The notes: generated from the sequence alone by a model not told the origin. 64,000 nt of DNA from Candidatus Marinacidobacterium sp. (GCA_965220965.1 OZ244852.1:1120001-1184000), one strand, 5' to 3'. Positions 9,115-18,541 are shown, counted from the stretch's first letter. Translations and numbers: made by a program.

Positions 9115-11604
9115 TCACTGTTCGCTTCCTGATGGTGATCGCGCTGCCGGCGTGTCCTCCAGGCCGCCACAGTGCTCCGTCATCGTGGCGAGCGCCCTCA
9201 CGCTGCCAACCGAGGACGCGAGGCCACGAACCTGCGCGCCGACAACGCTGTCTCCAGTGGCTCCGGGTCCCGCTGGTTCCGGGAGACGCCGCTTCAACGG
9301 CCCGTAACGGGTGTATATCGCCATCCCGCGACCGATGGCGGCCTGCGCGAGGTCAACGGGGGCGATGTTCTCGCTCCGCAGAAGCTGTAACGCCTCCGGA
9401 AGCTCCCGGCGCAGACCCGCCAGAAACTCGCGGCGGGGCGCGGTCGGCGCATCGTCCGGACGGCGACGGCAGACGAGCACGATGCTCGATGCGAGAGCAG
9501 CGACATTCTTCTTGAGATTCCCGGTCAGTTCGGTCCGCATGGGCCAAGTGCCGGTCAGCGAGAAGCCAGACTCGATCACCGCCGCCAGGAAGGTCTCCCA
9601 CCCGGTGCTGGTTGTTCCGGCATCGACCTTCGTCTCTGACTGCTTGAAGGCGTAGTAGATCGTGACCGGGTAGTGCGGATGGGATTGCTCAGAGAGCCGG
9701 CGAAGTGCCCGGGTCATGCCCTCCACGAAGAACTGTCGGGCGGCCTCCCGACTACCGTGCCGGTACGGCGTGGCGACGAGTTCGTCGGACTTTGGTGTCG
9801 CCAGCGTGGCGAGGAGGTCAGAGAAAGCTCGTCTCAGCGAGTGGCGAAGCCAAACGTAAAAGAAATCGGAAAGGTCCGCATATCCGATGTTGTCGTAGTA
9901 GGGCGGGTCGGTCGATACGACCGAGTCCCGCAGGGACCGAATCAGCTGCGCGTCGCCTTGTGTGGCCATGCCAGCGATCGCCAGCGGAGCTGCGACGACG
10001 CACTTGATCGGAAATCTGAGTTGCCCTGCCCAGCTACCGGTGGATGAGCTGAATGGATTGGCCTCGCATGAATCCCACACCATGGGCAGCGCTTGGCGAG
10101 CGAAGACCTGTTGGACGTTTTGCCCTTTCCGGTCCCAGAAGGAGAGCGACGAGTGCCGATTGGCCAACCGACCCACTGCCAGACCGAGATACACCGCCAC
10201 CGCCTCGGCATAGGCAAGCGCGCCAGCCCCGCCCTCCCGCAGCGAAACGCCATCGTCCGGGAGCTCCGCTGCCGCCGCATTCCCGCGGATGCGATCTATC
10301 GCCTCGCCGACGAGATCGGAAAACGTCGTCAAGGCTTGGAGTTGGCGCGAGGTGAAGAGATCTCGCCACTCCACGAAGCCGTAGGGCACACAAGTGCCCC
10401 CCGTGAGCCGCGGTGGCACGAGCCCCTGTGGACGCCATGCCGGCTCTGTCAATCGTGGCTCTGATTCGTGTGGCGGCGAGGGATCGAGGTAGATACGTTC
10501 GCGCTCTCCCTCGGCTACTACAGCTAGCAGGCGGGCACCCATCCGCTTGGCCTGCCCCTCCGCCTTGATGTAGTCGCTGCGGATCGGCGAGGCCGACATC
10601 AGGCACCGGAAGTTCGCTCCTCGCGACAGCTTGGTGCCCTTCCTGGCGTCTTCCGGCGAGGCTCCCCGCCGCACCCGGAACCGGTAACTCCGTCCGTCGA
10701 TCACCGGCTCGACCCACGCCTCCTTCCCCTTCTTCGCCGAGAGCACGAAGCTCGACGCCAACGGAACCTCCACGTCCCGGAACGCCGGATTCGGGCTCCG
10801 CACCGTCCGCGCCCAGAGCCAGGCGATGACCGTCAGCTCCCGGCCCGCATAGCGCTTCAGGTCCGGCCGCTCCCCAACCATCTCCGGCGTGATCGCGACC
10901 TTCGGATACAGGTGGCCGATCCGCTTCTCCGCCTCGTCCCGCATCCACTGGCCGTAGTGGCGGATGTCCTCCGCAAGGCCGGTCGCTCCCTTCCAGCTCC
11001 GCTGCGAGAGCTTCGGCTGGCGTCGCGCCTCCGGATTCACTGGCGGCTTCCCGGCGAACTTGGGAGGGATCTCGATCAGCGCCTTGTTGATCAGGACCGC
11101 GACCGGGTTCAGATCGCTGGCGTGCGCCTCGAGCCCGAGCCGCTGGGCCTCCAGCGGGATCGCGCCTCCCCCGGCAAAGGGGTCGTGGAACGCGGGGAGA
11201 CGCTCCGGGTCGAAGAGCTCGGCGGCGCGGGGGTGGTCGCGATTTTCCTCGCAGGCGCGCCTCCAGCTCTTTCGGATCTCCGCGCGGGCCTCCTCGAGCA
11301 CCTCCTCGTTCGTGGTGTTCTCCCAAAGCACCAGCCGGCGCAGGATGTCGAACAGGCGCTCCCGCTCCGCCTGCCGCGCTTCCTCCCTCGGGAACCGCTC
11401 CTCGTCCGGATCGTCCACCATCTGGGCGAACAGGACCGCCCGCGCCGCCGCAAGCGGCCGGCGCGCCCACCAGAGGTGCAGCGTGGAAGGATGCCCGTGG
11501 CGGATGGATTTCTCCCGCGAGGCGGCGGCGTTGACCGCGTCCAGCGGCAGCGCCGCTTCGATCAGCTTGCGACGGTGACTGACAACGTTCCCTGACGGAC
11601 TCAC
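9115..11604 (-). CDS. DUF1156 adenine DNA methyltransferase, copy B (good start, lacks the conserved C-terminal tail)
   Basis: 829 aa with GGAGG RBS and GTG start; same motifs as copy A ([15 protein letters not shown]). Homology to copy A ends abruptly after [10 protein letters not shown], followed by an unrelated ~60-aa tail. Confidence 0.85.
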   Translation of the reverse strand: MSPSGNVVSHRRKLIEAALPLDAVNAAASREKSIRHGHPSTLHLWWARRPLAAARAVLFAQMVDDPDEERFPREEARQAERERLFDILRRLVLWENTTNEEVLEEARAEIRKSWRRACEENRDHPRAAELFDPERLPAFHDPFAGGGAIPLEAQRLGLEAHASDLNPVAVLINKALIEIPPKFAGKPPVNPEARRQPKLSQRSWKGATGLAEDIRHYGQWMRDEAEKRIGHLYPKVAITPEMVGERPDLKRYAGRELTVIAWLWARTVRSPNPAFRDVEVPLASSFVLSAKKGKEAWVEPVIDGRSYRFRVRRGASPEDARKGTKLSRGANFRCLMSASPIRSDYIKAEGQAKRMGARLLAVVAEGERERIYLDPSPPHESEPRLTEPAWRPQGLVPPRLTGGTCVPYGFVEWRDLFTSRQLQALTTFSDLVGEAIDRIRGNAAAAELPDDGVSLREGGAGALAYAEAVAVYLGLAVGRLANRHSSLSFWDRKGQNVQQVFARQALPMVWDSCEANPFSSSTGSWAGQLRFPIKCVVAAPLAIAGMATQGDAQLIRSLRDSVVSTDPPYYDNIGYADLSDFFYVWLRHSLRRAFSDLLATLATPKSDELVATPYRHGSREAARQFFVEGMTRALRRLSEQSHPHYPVTIYYAFKQSETKVDAGTTSTGWETFLAAVIESGFSLTGTWPMRTELTGNLKKNVAALASSIVLVCRRRPDDAPTAPRREFLAGLRRELPEALQLLRSENIAPVDLAQAAIGRGMAIYTRYGPLKRRLPEPAGPGATGDSVVGAQVRGLASSVGSVRALATMTEHCGGLEDTPAARSPSGSEQ
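9303..9336 (-). repeat. Right arm of the perfect 34-bp inverted repeat (candidate inversion site)
   Basis: CGTAACGGGTGTATATCGCCATCCCGCGACCGAT is the reverse complement of 8522-8555 and marks the end of A/B homology. Confidence 0.9.
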
Positions 11605-12012
11605 GATTCAGGCGCCTCCTCGGAAGCGGGCGGCGCGACAGCGTGACGTGTCACGAGCGCAGCTTCCGCAGCAGATCGAGCGTCGTGCCGCTCGTCGGCG
11701 AGCGGAACTTCAGTTGGCGGATCCGCGCGACGATGTCCCGGCGCGCTTCCTCGGTCTCCTGGTTCACCAACGGTTCCCGTTCCTCCTCCAGAGTCCGGCC
11801 GGCGCCGGTGGGAGTGGCCGGGCGACAGCCCTCGATCGGCTCCGCGTCGCGCCCGATCCCATCCGGAAGGCTGTGAGGTCGTTGTCCGCGGCCCCGCGCA
11901 TCGTCCCTGACCATGATCGCGGAGGATGGGCGGTTCAGCCCCGCGGTGTCAATACGCGCGCGCAACACGGAGCCCAGCGGAGAAACCCCCAAACCGCGGC
12001 GTGGCCGGCAGC

Positions 12013-12252
12013 TCAGGCGTCCTCCTCCATCACCCTGTCGAGCGCGTCGCGGTCGGCTATATCGACGCGCGGCGTCCCGCCGCTCCAGCTTGGCAAGGGC
12101 GGGAGAGGCTTGCGAGCGGCTGCCTGGGCTGGTTCGGACAGGACCAGTCGGACCCCTTCCTCGACGAGGCGTGAGACCGTGACGCCGCGACGCGCGGCCT
12201 CCTCGGTTGGGCGTCGCAGGAGCACCTCGTCCAGTTCGAACGTCGCCTTCAT
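12013..12252 (-). CDS. VapB/CopG-like ribbon-helix-helix antitoxin (orphan)
   Basis: 79 aa MKATFELDEVLLRR..EEAARRGVTVSRLVEEGVRLVL..LPPLPSW..VDIADRDALDRVME, typical VapB-type architecture. No PIN toxin downstream. Confidence 0.7.
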   Translation of the reverse strand: MKATFELDEVLLRRPTEEAARRGVTVSRLVEEGVRLVLSEPAQAAARKPLPPLPSWSGGTPRVDIADRDALDRVMEEDA

Positions 12253-12372
12253 GGAGCAACCCTACTCCCGCGCGAGGGAATCAGCAGATCCGGTCCCGCC
12301 CGGTCTGTCTCGGTCCGTCCCGCGCCGCAATGAAGGAAACGCTCCCCCGCTGCGTAGTCCTACAGTAGAACG

Positions 12373-12951
12373 ATGCCGCGCCCTGCCGACGCTTCCGATC
12401 CTGCGGCGCTCGATCCGGAGGAGCAGGAGTGGATCCGGCGCTGCCGGAACGGTTCTCGCCGGGCCTACGAGCCGCTGGTCCGGCGCTACGCCACGTGGGC
12501 GGAGGCCTTCGCGTTCCGGCGGGTGGGCGACCGGGAGGAGGCGCGCGATCTGGCGCAGGAGGCCTTCGTCCGGGCGTTCCACGCGATGCCGCGGTTTCGC
12601 CCGGGGCGGCCGTTCCTGCCGTGGTTCCTCGCGATCCTCGACAACCTCTGCCGGAGCGAAATCCGGAGGCGGCGTCCCCATCTTGGGCTCGACGAGGTGC
12701 GTGAGCCCTCGAACGACGGCGGGATGGGGGATGTCGCGCGGCGACTCGATGTGGCGGAGGGTCTCGCGGCTTTGACCGAGGCCCAGCGGCAGGTCGTCGT
12801 GCTGAAGGATCTCGAAGGCCGGCCTCACCGGGAGGTGGCGGCCCGGCTCGGGATCCCCGAAGGGACCGTGATGTCCCGCCTGCACTTCGCGCGGCGACGC
12901 CTGCGCGAACTGTTTTCCGGCGCCGGACGGCGGCGCGCGGGAGGCGCCTGA
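12373..12951 (+). CDS. ECF RNA polymerase sigma factor
   Basis: Region 2 DREEARDLAQEAFVRAF..FLPWFLAILDN; region 4 HREVAARLGIPEGTVMSRLHFARRRL. Confidence 0.9.
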   Translation: MPRPADASDPAALDPEEQEWIRRCRNGSRRAYEPLVRRYATWAEAFAFRRVGDREEARDLAQEAFVRAFHAMPRFRPGRPFLPWFLAILDNLCRSEIRRRRPHLGLDEVREPSNDGGMGDVARRLDVAEGLAALTEAQRQVVVLKDLEGRPHREVAARLGIPEGTVMSRLHFARRRLRELFSGAGRRRAGGA

Positions 12952-13325
12952 TGATGACGAACGAACAGAAGTCTGCTAGCCCCGCGTCCTCGGGGCGGCT
13001 TCCGGCGGATGCGCCCGGGGTCGAAGATCGGGACATCCGGCCCGCCGACTCCGACGACGCCGCACTCGACCGGTTCTGGCTGGGGGTCTACTCCCGGCTG
13101 GAGCGGGGGATCGCGTGGGTCCTCGTCTCTGCGTCGCTTGCGGCGCTCGGGATGTACGGCGCCTACCACTTCGCGACCGAGTTCCTCGCCGACGGCGAGG
13201 TTCCGATCGTGGTCCGTTTCGGGACCGCCGGGCTGCTGCTCGGTATCCTGCTTCTTCTCCTCGGCGTGGTCCGCGAACGGATCCGCGCCCTCTCCACGGA
13301 TCCGTTCCGGAGGGTCCGCCGATGA
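12951..13325 (+). CDS. Small membrane protein coupled to the ECF sigma (putative anti-sigma-like)
   Basis: Two hydrophobic helices; LDRFWLGVYSRLERGIAW; overlaps the sigma stop codon. Confidence 0.65.
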   Translation: MMTNEQKSASPASSGRLPADAPGVEDRDIRPADSDDAALDRFWLGVYSRLERGIAWVLVSASLAALGMYGAYHFATEFLADGEVPIVVRFGTAGLLLGILLLLLGVVRERIRALSTDPFRRVRR

Positions 13326-13636
13326 TCCTGAGCACAACCTCATCTGTCCCCGGACGCGAAGTCGCCTCCGTCCTGGGAGTCGCCCGGGGCAACACGATCC
13401 GCACCCGCCACGTCGGGCGCGACATCCTCGCCGGGCTGCGAACCATCGTCGGCGGCGAGGTCGTGGGATACACCAAGCTCATGGCCGAGAGCCGCGAACA
13501 GGCCATCGCCCGCATGATCGAACACGCCGAGTCCCTCGGCGCCGATGCGGTGCTGGGCATGCGGGTCAGCACCCAGATGGTCATGGCGGGGGCCTCCGAG
13601 ATCCTCGTCTACGGGACCGCGGTCAAGCTGCGGTAG
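13322..13636 (+). CDS. YbjQ/UPF0145 family protein
   Basis: From ATG 13322: MILSTTSSVPGREV..GRDILAGLRTIVGGEVVGYTKLMAESREQAIARM..LGADAVLG..VYGTAVK. Confidence 0.88.
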   Translation: MILSTTSSVPGREVASVLGVARGNTIRTRHVGRDILAGLRTIVGGEVVGYTKLMAESREQAIARMIEHAESLGADAVLGMRVSTQMVMAGASEILVYGTAVKLR

Positions 13637-13642
13637 GCCGCG

Positions 13643-14131
13643 GTGGCGGACGCCCCCGAGCGGGACGCGGGTCGGTTCTACGAGGACTTCCGCGTCGGAC
13701 AGCGCATCGTCCACCCGCTCGGGAGGACCGTCCACGCGGCGGACAACTCCTGGTTCTCGCTGCTGACCCAGAACCAGAACCCGATCCATGTGGATCACCA
13801 CTTCAGCGAGCGGACGCCCTTCGGGAAGCCGCTGGTGAACTCCTGTCTCACGCTGGCGCTTGCGACCGGACAGTCGGTGAACGACCTGACCCGGAACGTG
13901 CTGGCAAACCTCGGGTGGGAGGATGTCCGGCTCCCGGCTCCGTTCTTCGAGGGGGACACGCTCTATTCGGAGAGCGAAGTGCTCACCGCCCGGGAGTCCC
14001 ACTCCCGGCCGGAGGCGGGCGTCGTCATCGTCCGGACGACCGGGAGGAACCAGGACGGGACCGTCGTGATCTCGTTCCGGCGGACGTTCCTCGTGTGGAA
14101 GCGGGCGCACGCTCCGGCGTCGCCGGGGTAG
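13643..14131 (+). CDS. MaoC-family dehydratase
   Basis: GRFYEDFRVGQRIVH, NQNPIHVD, PFFEGDTLYSESEV hot-dog fold motifs. Confidence 0.88.
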   Translation: MADAPERDAGRFYEDFRVGQRIVHPLGRTVHAADNSWFSLLTQNQNPIHVDHHFSERTPFGKPLVNSCLTLALATGQSVNDLTRNVLANLGWEDVRLPAPFFEGDTLYSESEVLTARESHSRPEAGVVIVRTTGRNQDGTVVISFRRTFLVWKRAHAPASPG

Positions 14132-14169
14132 GGGGCGGGGCCCGGGTCCCCGGGGCGGGCTGGCGCGCC

Positions 14170-15927
14170 ATGATGTCCATCGATCCCGAGCGTTTCTGGC
14201 GGGAGGTCGCCCGGGGCGAGGACACCGCTCTCGAACTGCGCGCGGTCAGGTTGCGGGGCGAGAAAGTCACCAGCCCGCATCGGGATGGGCTGGCGGACGC
14301 CTTCGCAGCGTTCGGGAACGCGTCTGGAGGGCGTCTGGTGCTCGGCGTGCGTAACGACCGGAGCGCCCAGTCGCTCGGTCCTCCACAACTCGATGCGCTC
14401 ATGCGGCTCGTTGAGGAAGCCTGCACCGACGGCATCACGCCGCCACTGGATTACGAAGCGTTTCGGGTCCCCGCGCCGAAGCCTGGTGTCCGCGGGGTTC
14501 TCCTCGTTGACATCCCCGAGAGCGGCGAGGTTCACCGCGCCCCCAGCGGATATCTCCAATGGAAGGGCGACGCGACATGGCGGATGGATGCGCGCGCGGT
14601 GCGACGGCTGTCGCACGACCGCCGGCATGCGGACGCTTCCCCGCATGACGCCCGGGTCGTGCGCGGAACGGGGGTCGACGCCCTGGAACGGGATCTCTGG
14701 CGGCGGTATCTGAGCTCGTGGGTCGAGGACCCGCCCGAGATCTCGCTCGCGAAGCTCCGGTTCGTGAAGGCCGACTCAGCCGGAACGCTGCGGGCCACGG
14801 TCGCCGGGGTCCTGCTGGCGACGAAGGAGCCCCGGGTATGGCTGCCCGGCGCCTGGATCGAGGCGATCTGCTACCGGGGAGACCGGCCGGACGCGGAACT
14901 GCAGTTGGACGCTTCGGACATCACCGGCCCGCTCGACGAGCAGATCCGGGAGGCGACGCGTTTCGTGGTCCGCAACCGTTGGGTCGCCGCCTTCAAGGAT
15001 CCGGCGCGCACCGATGTGCCGCAGTTCAGCGAACGGGCGGTCTTCGAGGCGGTTGTCAACGCGGTCGTCCACCGCGACTACCGGGTGAGGGGATCCCATA
15101 TCCGCCTGCTCCTGTTCGAGGGCCGGCTCGAGCTCCAGTCGCCCGGCGGACTGTCGAACTGCCTGAAGCCCGAGGACCTGCGCACGAACCAGTCCGCGCG
15201 CAACGAGCTGCTGGCCTCCCGGCTGGGACAGTGCGTCGTGGGCGATGTTCCGGGCGCGGGAGGACGGCGCTACTTCATGGACCGGCGGGGCGGGGGGATC
15301 CGCGTCATCGAGGACGAGACCCGGGCGCTGGCCGGGCGACCGCCGGTCTTCGAGCTGCTCGGCGAACGGGAGCTTCGGGTCGTGCTGCCCGCCGCCCGGC
15401 CTCCGGTGGCGGGGGGCGTTGCTGCCCGCGTGACGACGCTTCGGGAGGAGGGAGGGAAACCTCTGGCGGACGCGCACGTGCTGATGCTCTGTCCCAATGG
15501 AACCTACCGGGAGGCGCGCACGAACAGCCTCGGCGAGGCCGACTTCGTCCTGCACTCGCGACTGGCGATGACGGTGCTGTGCGCGGCAGAGGGCTTTCGG
15601 GCGCACGTCGAGCGCGACCATCTCCCCGACGGTCCGCTGGAAGTGGTCATGCGGGCCGCGCCCGAGGGCGGCTCGCTGATCCTCCCTGACCAGGCCGGGA
15701 ATCTGCCCGGCATCCAGGGTCGAATGAACCCGATCCTGGACAACCTGGACCGCGCCTACCTCTATGCGCACAACGTCGCCATCAACGACGGCCAGGCCCA
15801 GCCCGTCCACTTCGCGCTGAACGAGCCGGTGCGCCTCACGGACTCACTCGGGGCGAGGGCGACGCTCTGGTTCCGGGAAATGGTGGGCGCTTCGTGCATC
15901 TTCGATTACGAATTCGATCGGGGATAA
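14170..15927 (+). CDS. AlbA_2/Schlafen-like domain + HATPase_c_4 protein with an extra beta-rich C-terminal domain
   Basis: C-terminal part of ORF 13009-15927 from ATG 14170: GEDTALELRAV..AFGNASGGRLVLGVRND; EAVVNAVVHRDY; RLELQSPGGL; ARNELLA..L; MDRRGGGIRVI. Confidence 0.8.
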   Translation: MMSIDPERFWREVARGEDTALELRAVRLRGEKVTSPHRDGLADAFAAFGNASGGRLVLGVRNDRSAQSLGPPQLDALMRLVEEACTDGITPPLDYEAFRVPAPKPGVRGVLLVDIPESGEVHRAPSGYLQWKGDATWRMDARAVRRLSHDRRHADASPHDARVVRGTGVDALERDLWRRYLSSWVEDPPEISLAKLRFVKADSAGTLRATVAGVLLATKEPRVWLPGAWIEAICYRGDRPDAELQLDASDITGPLDEQIREATRFVVRNRWVAAFKDPARTDVPQFSERAVFEAVVNAVVHRDYRVRGSHIRLLLFEGRLELQSPGGLSNCLKPEDLRTNQSARNELLASRLGQCVVGDVPGAGGRRYFMDRRGGGIRVIEDETRALAGRPPVFELLGERELRVVLPAARPPVAGGVAARVTTLREEGGKPLADAHVLMLCPNGTYREARTNSLGEADFVLHSRLAMTVLCAAEGFRAHVERDHLPDGPLEVVMRAAPEGGSLILPDQAGNLPGIQGRMNPILDNLDRAYLYAHNVAINDGQAQPVHFALNEPVRLTDSLGARATLWFREMVGASCIFDYEFDRG

Positions 15928-16029
15928 GTCGCTCGTTCCGGCCGGGGACCAGGTGAGACGCACGGCGCCACCGGGTCTCGGTGGCGCGGGCGAGAACCGG
16001 GGCCGTAGGGTTCGCGTAAGCGAAGGGCA

Positions 16030-16443
16030 ATGAAGACTCGTTCCGTGGCCGCGTCGGCAAGGCGGCGTCCGATCCTCCTGGGCGTTGTCGTCCTGCTCGC
16101 CGCCGCGCAGATCAACTGCTCGGTCGTCCTGACCAAGGGCCCTCCGCGGCCCGGCGACGACCGCTATGACGCGAGCGGCGCCTATCCGGACGGCGTCCCC
16201 TGCACCACCAGCCGGATGTGGCCGCTGGTGGACACCGGGTTGCTGCTGTGGGTGCTCATCGTCACGGCGAACTACCCGGCCGACCAGACCGACGACCGGA
16301 TCGACGGGCTGCTGACGGCGGCCGGCGCGGCGCTCTCGGCGTGGATCGGCTACCGCCGGACGAACGCCTGCCGCGAGCTCGAGCGCGACCTGATGACGCC
16401 CACGTCCGGGGCTCTGGGACCGGACGCGCTCGGACGTTCGTAG
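16030..16443 (+). CDS. Hypothetical exported/membrane protein
   Basis: Signal-like N-terminus with Cys, two hydrophobic segments, coding-like codon usage. Confidence 0.55.
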   Translation: MKTRSVAASARRRPILLGVVVLLAAAQINCSVVLTKGPPRPGDDRYDASGAYPDGVPCTTSRMWPLVDTGLLLWVLIVTANYPADQTDDRIDGLLTAAGAALSAWIGYRRTNACRELERDLMTPTSGALGPDALGRS

Positions 16444-16882
16444 CCCGGGCCGCCGCCCAACACCCCGGGAGATTCGTGGTTCACTCACGGAACACGATCG
16501 CCAACAACGAGTTACGTGCGGATTGAACCACTAAGGATTCCTTAGGAGTTCGAATCGAGGGCGGCCGGCCGTTCCGGGGCGCGCTCCGGATTGAGGTGCT
16601 CCGCGAACGCGCCGTTCACCCTCCCGGTGAACCTGTGCAGATCGTGCACAGGTTGCCGGCCGGCGCACACGGCCAGGAACGAAGGATCGGCCGCCCATCG
16701 CCTCGCGCGAAGGAGACGCCCGGCAGACTGGACCCGTCATCGTGCGTGGAGCCTGGGGCAGTGCGACGCTCGTAGCCCAGGGCGCCGATCCGAGGCGCCC
16801 CCTCTGCGGCGGGTTCACACGCTTCGGCGGCAGACGGCGACGGAGAGTTGATTTGCGGGCGTGCGCGCCTCACGATGCCGGC

Positions 16883-17158
16883 ATGCGCGCGACCGTCACA
16901 CTGGACCCCGATACCCGCTTCCTGGTGAAACGCAGGATGCGCAGCCGGGGCGGTACGTTCGAAGAGGTCGTGAACGCCGCCATGCGGCGCGGTCTCCTGA
17001 TGGAGACGGCCGCTGCGGAGGAGCCGGAGTTCGTGGTCGAGGCGCGCTCCATGGGGCTTCGCGTTCAGGATCCGAAGGAACTCCGCCAGATCAACAACGA
17101 CTTCGAGGTCGAGCGGTTCGTCAGGGTCACCCGGCAGCTCGAGGAGGACTCGGAGTAG
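16883..17158 (+). CDS. VapB-like antitoxin (orphan)
   Basis: From ATG 16883: MRATVTLDPDTRFLVKRRMRSRGGTFEEVVNAAMRRGL..FVVEARSMGLR, the MRTTVTLD-type antitoxin pattern. No toxin follows. Confidence 0.7.
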   Translation: MRATVTLDPDTRFLVKRRMRSRGGTFEEVVNAAMRRGLLMETAAAEEPEFVVEARSMGLRVQDPKELRQINNDFEVERFVRVTRQLEEDSE

Positions 17159-17227
17159 TCCGGCAAAGGACGAAGGCCTCTCAGGCCCAGGGCCGCGGCT
17201 CGCAGCGCTTCGAGTGTCTTCGGGCGG

Positions 17228-18541
17228 TCAGTGGATCGCGTCGGGACGCGTGGCCGCAAGTGGGCCCTTCGAGGCCGCTGGGACCGCGCCCCTGGCGAAC
17301 AGGACGCTCCGGTCGATGGATCCCCGCCAGGAACGGAGGATCGGGTGCTCGTCGCCTCGCACGATGTCCGACGCTCCGTCACCGTCCTTGTCGAAGCACA
17401 GCACGTGGTCGGGCTCGACCAGGCCGAGAAGGGCGGGGGAATGCGTAGTCGCGAGGATCTGCGCGTCATAGGCGGACAGGAGCGAGTCCCGGATCGCCTC
17501 CAGCGCCAGCGGATGAATCCCGTTCTGCGGCTCCTTCAGAAGGTAGATCTCCTTGTTGTCAGGGATGTAGGCAAGGAGCGTGAGCGCCAGAAGGCGCATC
17601 GTCCCGTCGGAGGCTGTCCAGGACGGAACATCCACTCCGGTTTCGTACCGAAGAGTCAGGTAGGCGCGCCGGTCCTCGGGTCGAACGACGACTTCGATGT
17701 CCCGCAGGTCTTCGAGCACCGTCCGCACATGCGACAGCCACTCGGCGTAGTCCTCGGGACGCTCCTCGCGAAGCCGCTTGACGACCCAGGGCAGGCTGGA
17801 CCCGTCGTCGGCGAAGCCGTTGACCCCGCGTTCCGGAGGGCTGGGCGCTCGCATCGCCTCGCTGTCGAGAAAGACACGCCGGATCCCGGCGTCCAGCTTC
17901 TGCTTGAGGAAGGTCGCCACCGGGAACTTCTCCGGAGACTCGGGGAGGTTCGCGAGCGTCGATCGGCGAGGACCAAATGAAATGCTCGTGACCCAGCCCT
18001 TGCCGGGCTTCGGCGTGGTCTCGACGTAGTAGCTGTCAGTCCCCTTGTCCGACTTGCTCACGACGGACCGCGTTCCGGACCCGCCTCTCCCGCGCAGGAT
18101 GGTGGCGGGGGGAGGAGCCGGGTCGGGAAAGAGGAGCCTTCGTTCCGGCGCCATCCGGCCCCGCGACGCTTTCTTGAGGACCGCCCGCTCCGACGCAATG
18201 CCAGGTCCGTCGGGACCCTCCCGAATGCCGATCTCGTAACGGAAGACGCGGAAGTCCTCGGGCAGCCGCGGTCGCAGTTCCTCCGGTACGTCCACCTCGA
18301 TGGCGAGCTCGAATCCGGACTGCCCGCCGGGCCGCCCCCAGACCAGATCCCGGAAGTTCGAAGTCCGCTTCACGACGGCGGCTTCGAGGCCGTCCCGCAC
18401 CAGATCGCCGAGGAAGGCGATGGCGTCGAAGAGGGTGCTCTTCCCGCTCGCGTTCGGGCCGATGAGGACGTGAAAGCGGTCCAGCCGGACATCCACGTGG
18501 CGAAGACACCGGTAATTCAGCGCTTGTATCCGGCGGATCAT
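17228..18541 (-). CDS. AAA_21/AbiEii-like ABC-type ATPase (defence-associated), degenerate Walker B
   Basis: MIRRIQALNYRCLRHVDV; Walker A IGPNASGKST; signature ASDGTMRLL; Walker B region YLLKEPQNGIHP; H-loop ATTHSP. Confidence 0.8.
   Translation of the reverse strand: MIRRIQALNYRCLRHVDVRLDRFHVLIGPNASGKSTLFDAIAFLGDLVRDGLEAAVVKRTSNFRDLVWGRPGGQSGFELAIEVDVPEELRPRLPEDFRVFRYEIGIREGPDGPGIASERAVLKKASRGRMAPERRLLFPDPAPPPATILRGRGGSGTRSVVSKSDKGTDSYYVETTPKPGKGWVTSISFGPRRSTLANLPESPEKFPVATFLKQKLDAGIRRVFLDSEAMRAPSPPERGVNGFADDGSSLPWVVKRLREERPEDYAEWLSHVRTVLEDLRDIEVVVRPEDRRAYLTLRYETGVDVPSWTASDGTMRLLALTLLAYIPDNKEIYLLKEPQNGIHPLALEAIRDSLLSAYDAQILATTHSPALLGLVEPDHVLCFDKDGDGASDIVRGDEHPILRSWRGSIDRSVLFARGAVPAASKGPLAATRPDAIH

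Noticed and set aside
6125-11604. Duplicate methyltransferase as a pure assembly artefact
   Set aside because: The copies differ by many synonymous changes and have distinct, coherent variable loops, which a falsely duplicated contig would not produce; only the tail region may be mis-polished.
13009-14169. N-terminal 387 aa of the 972-aa ORF 13009-15927
   Set aside because: Overlaps three real genes in other frames; family similarity begins only at ATG 14170.
16439-16475. GTAGCCC-initiated REP-like motifs (also near 16772 and 54021)
   Set aside because: Similarity is limited to about 7-10 nt, two of the three coincide with TAG stops, and no consistent palindrome follows.
16515-16560. GTTCGAATC resembling a tRNA T-loop or att site
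   Set aside because: No acceptor stem, D-arm or anticodon arm could be folded around it.
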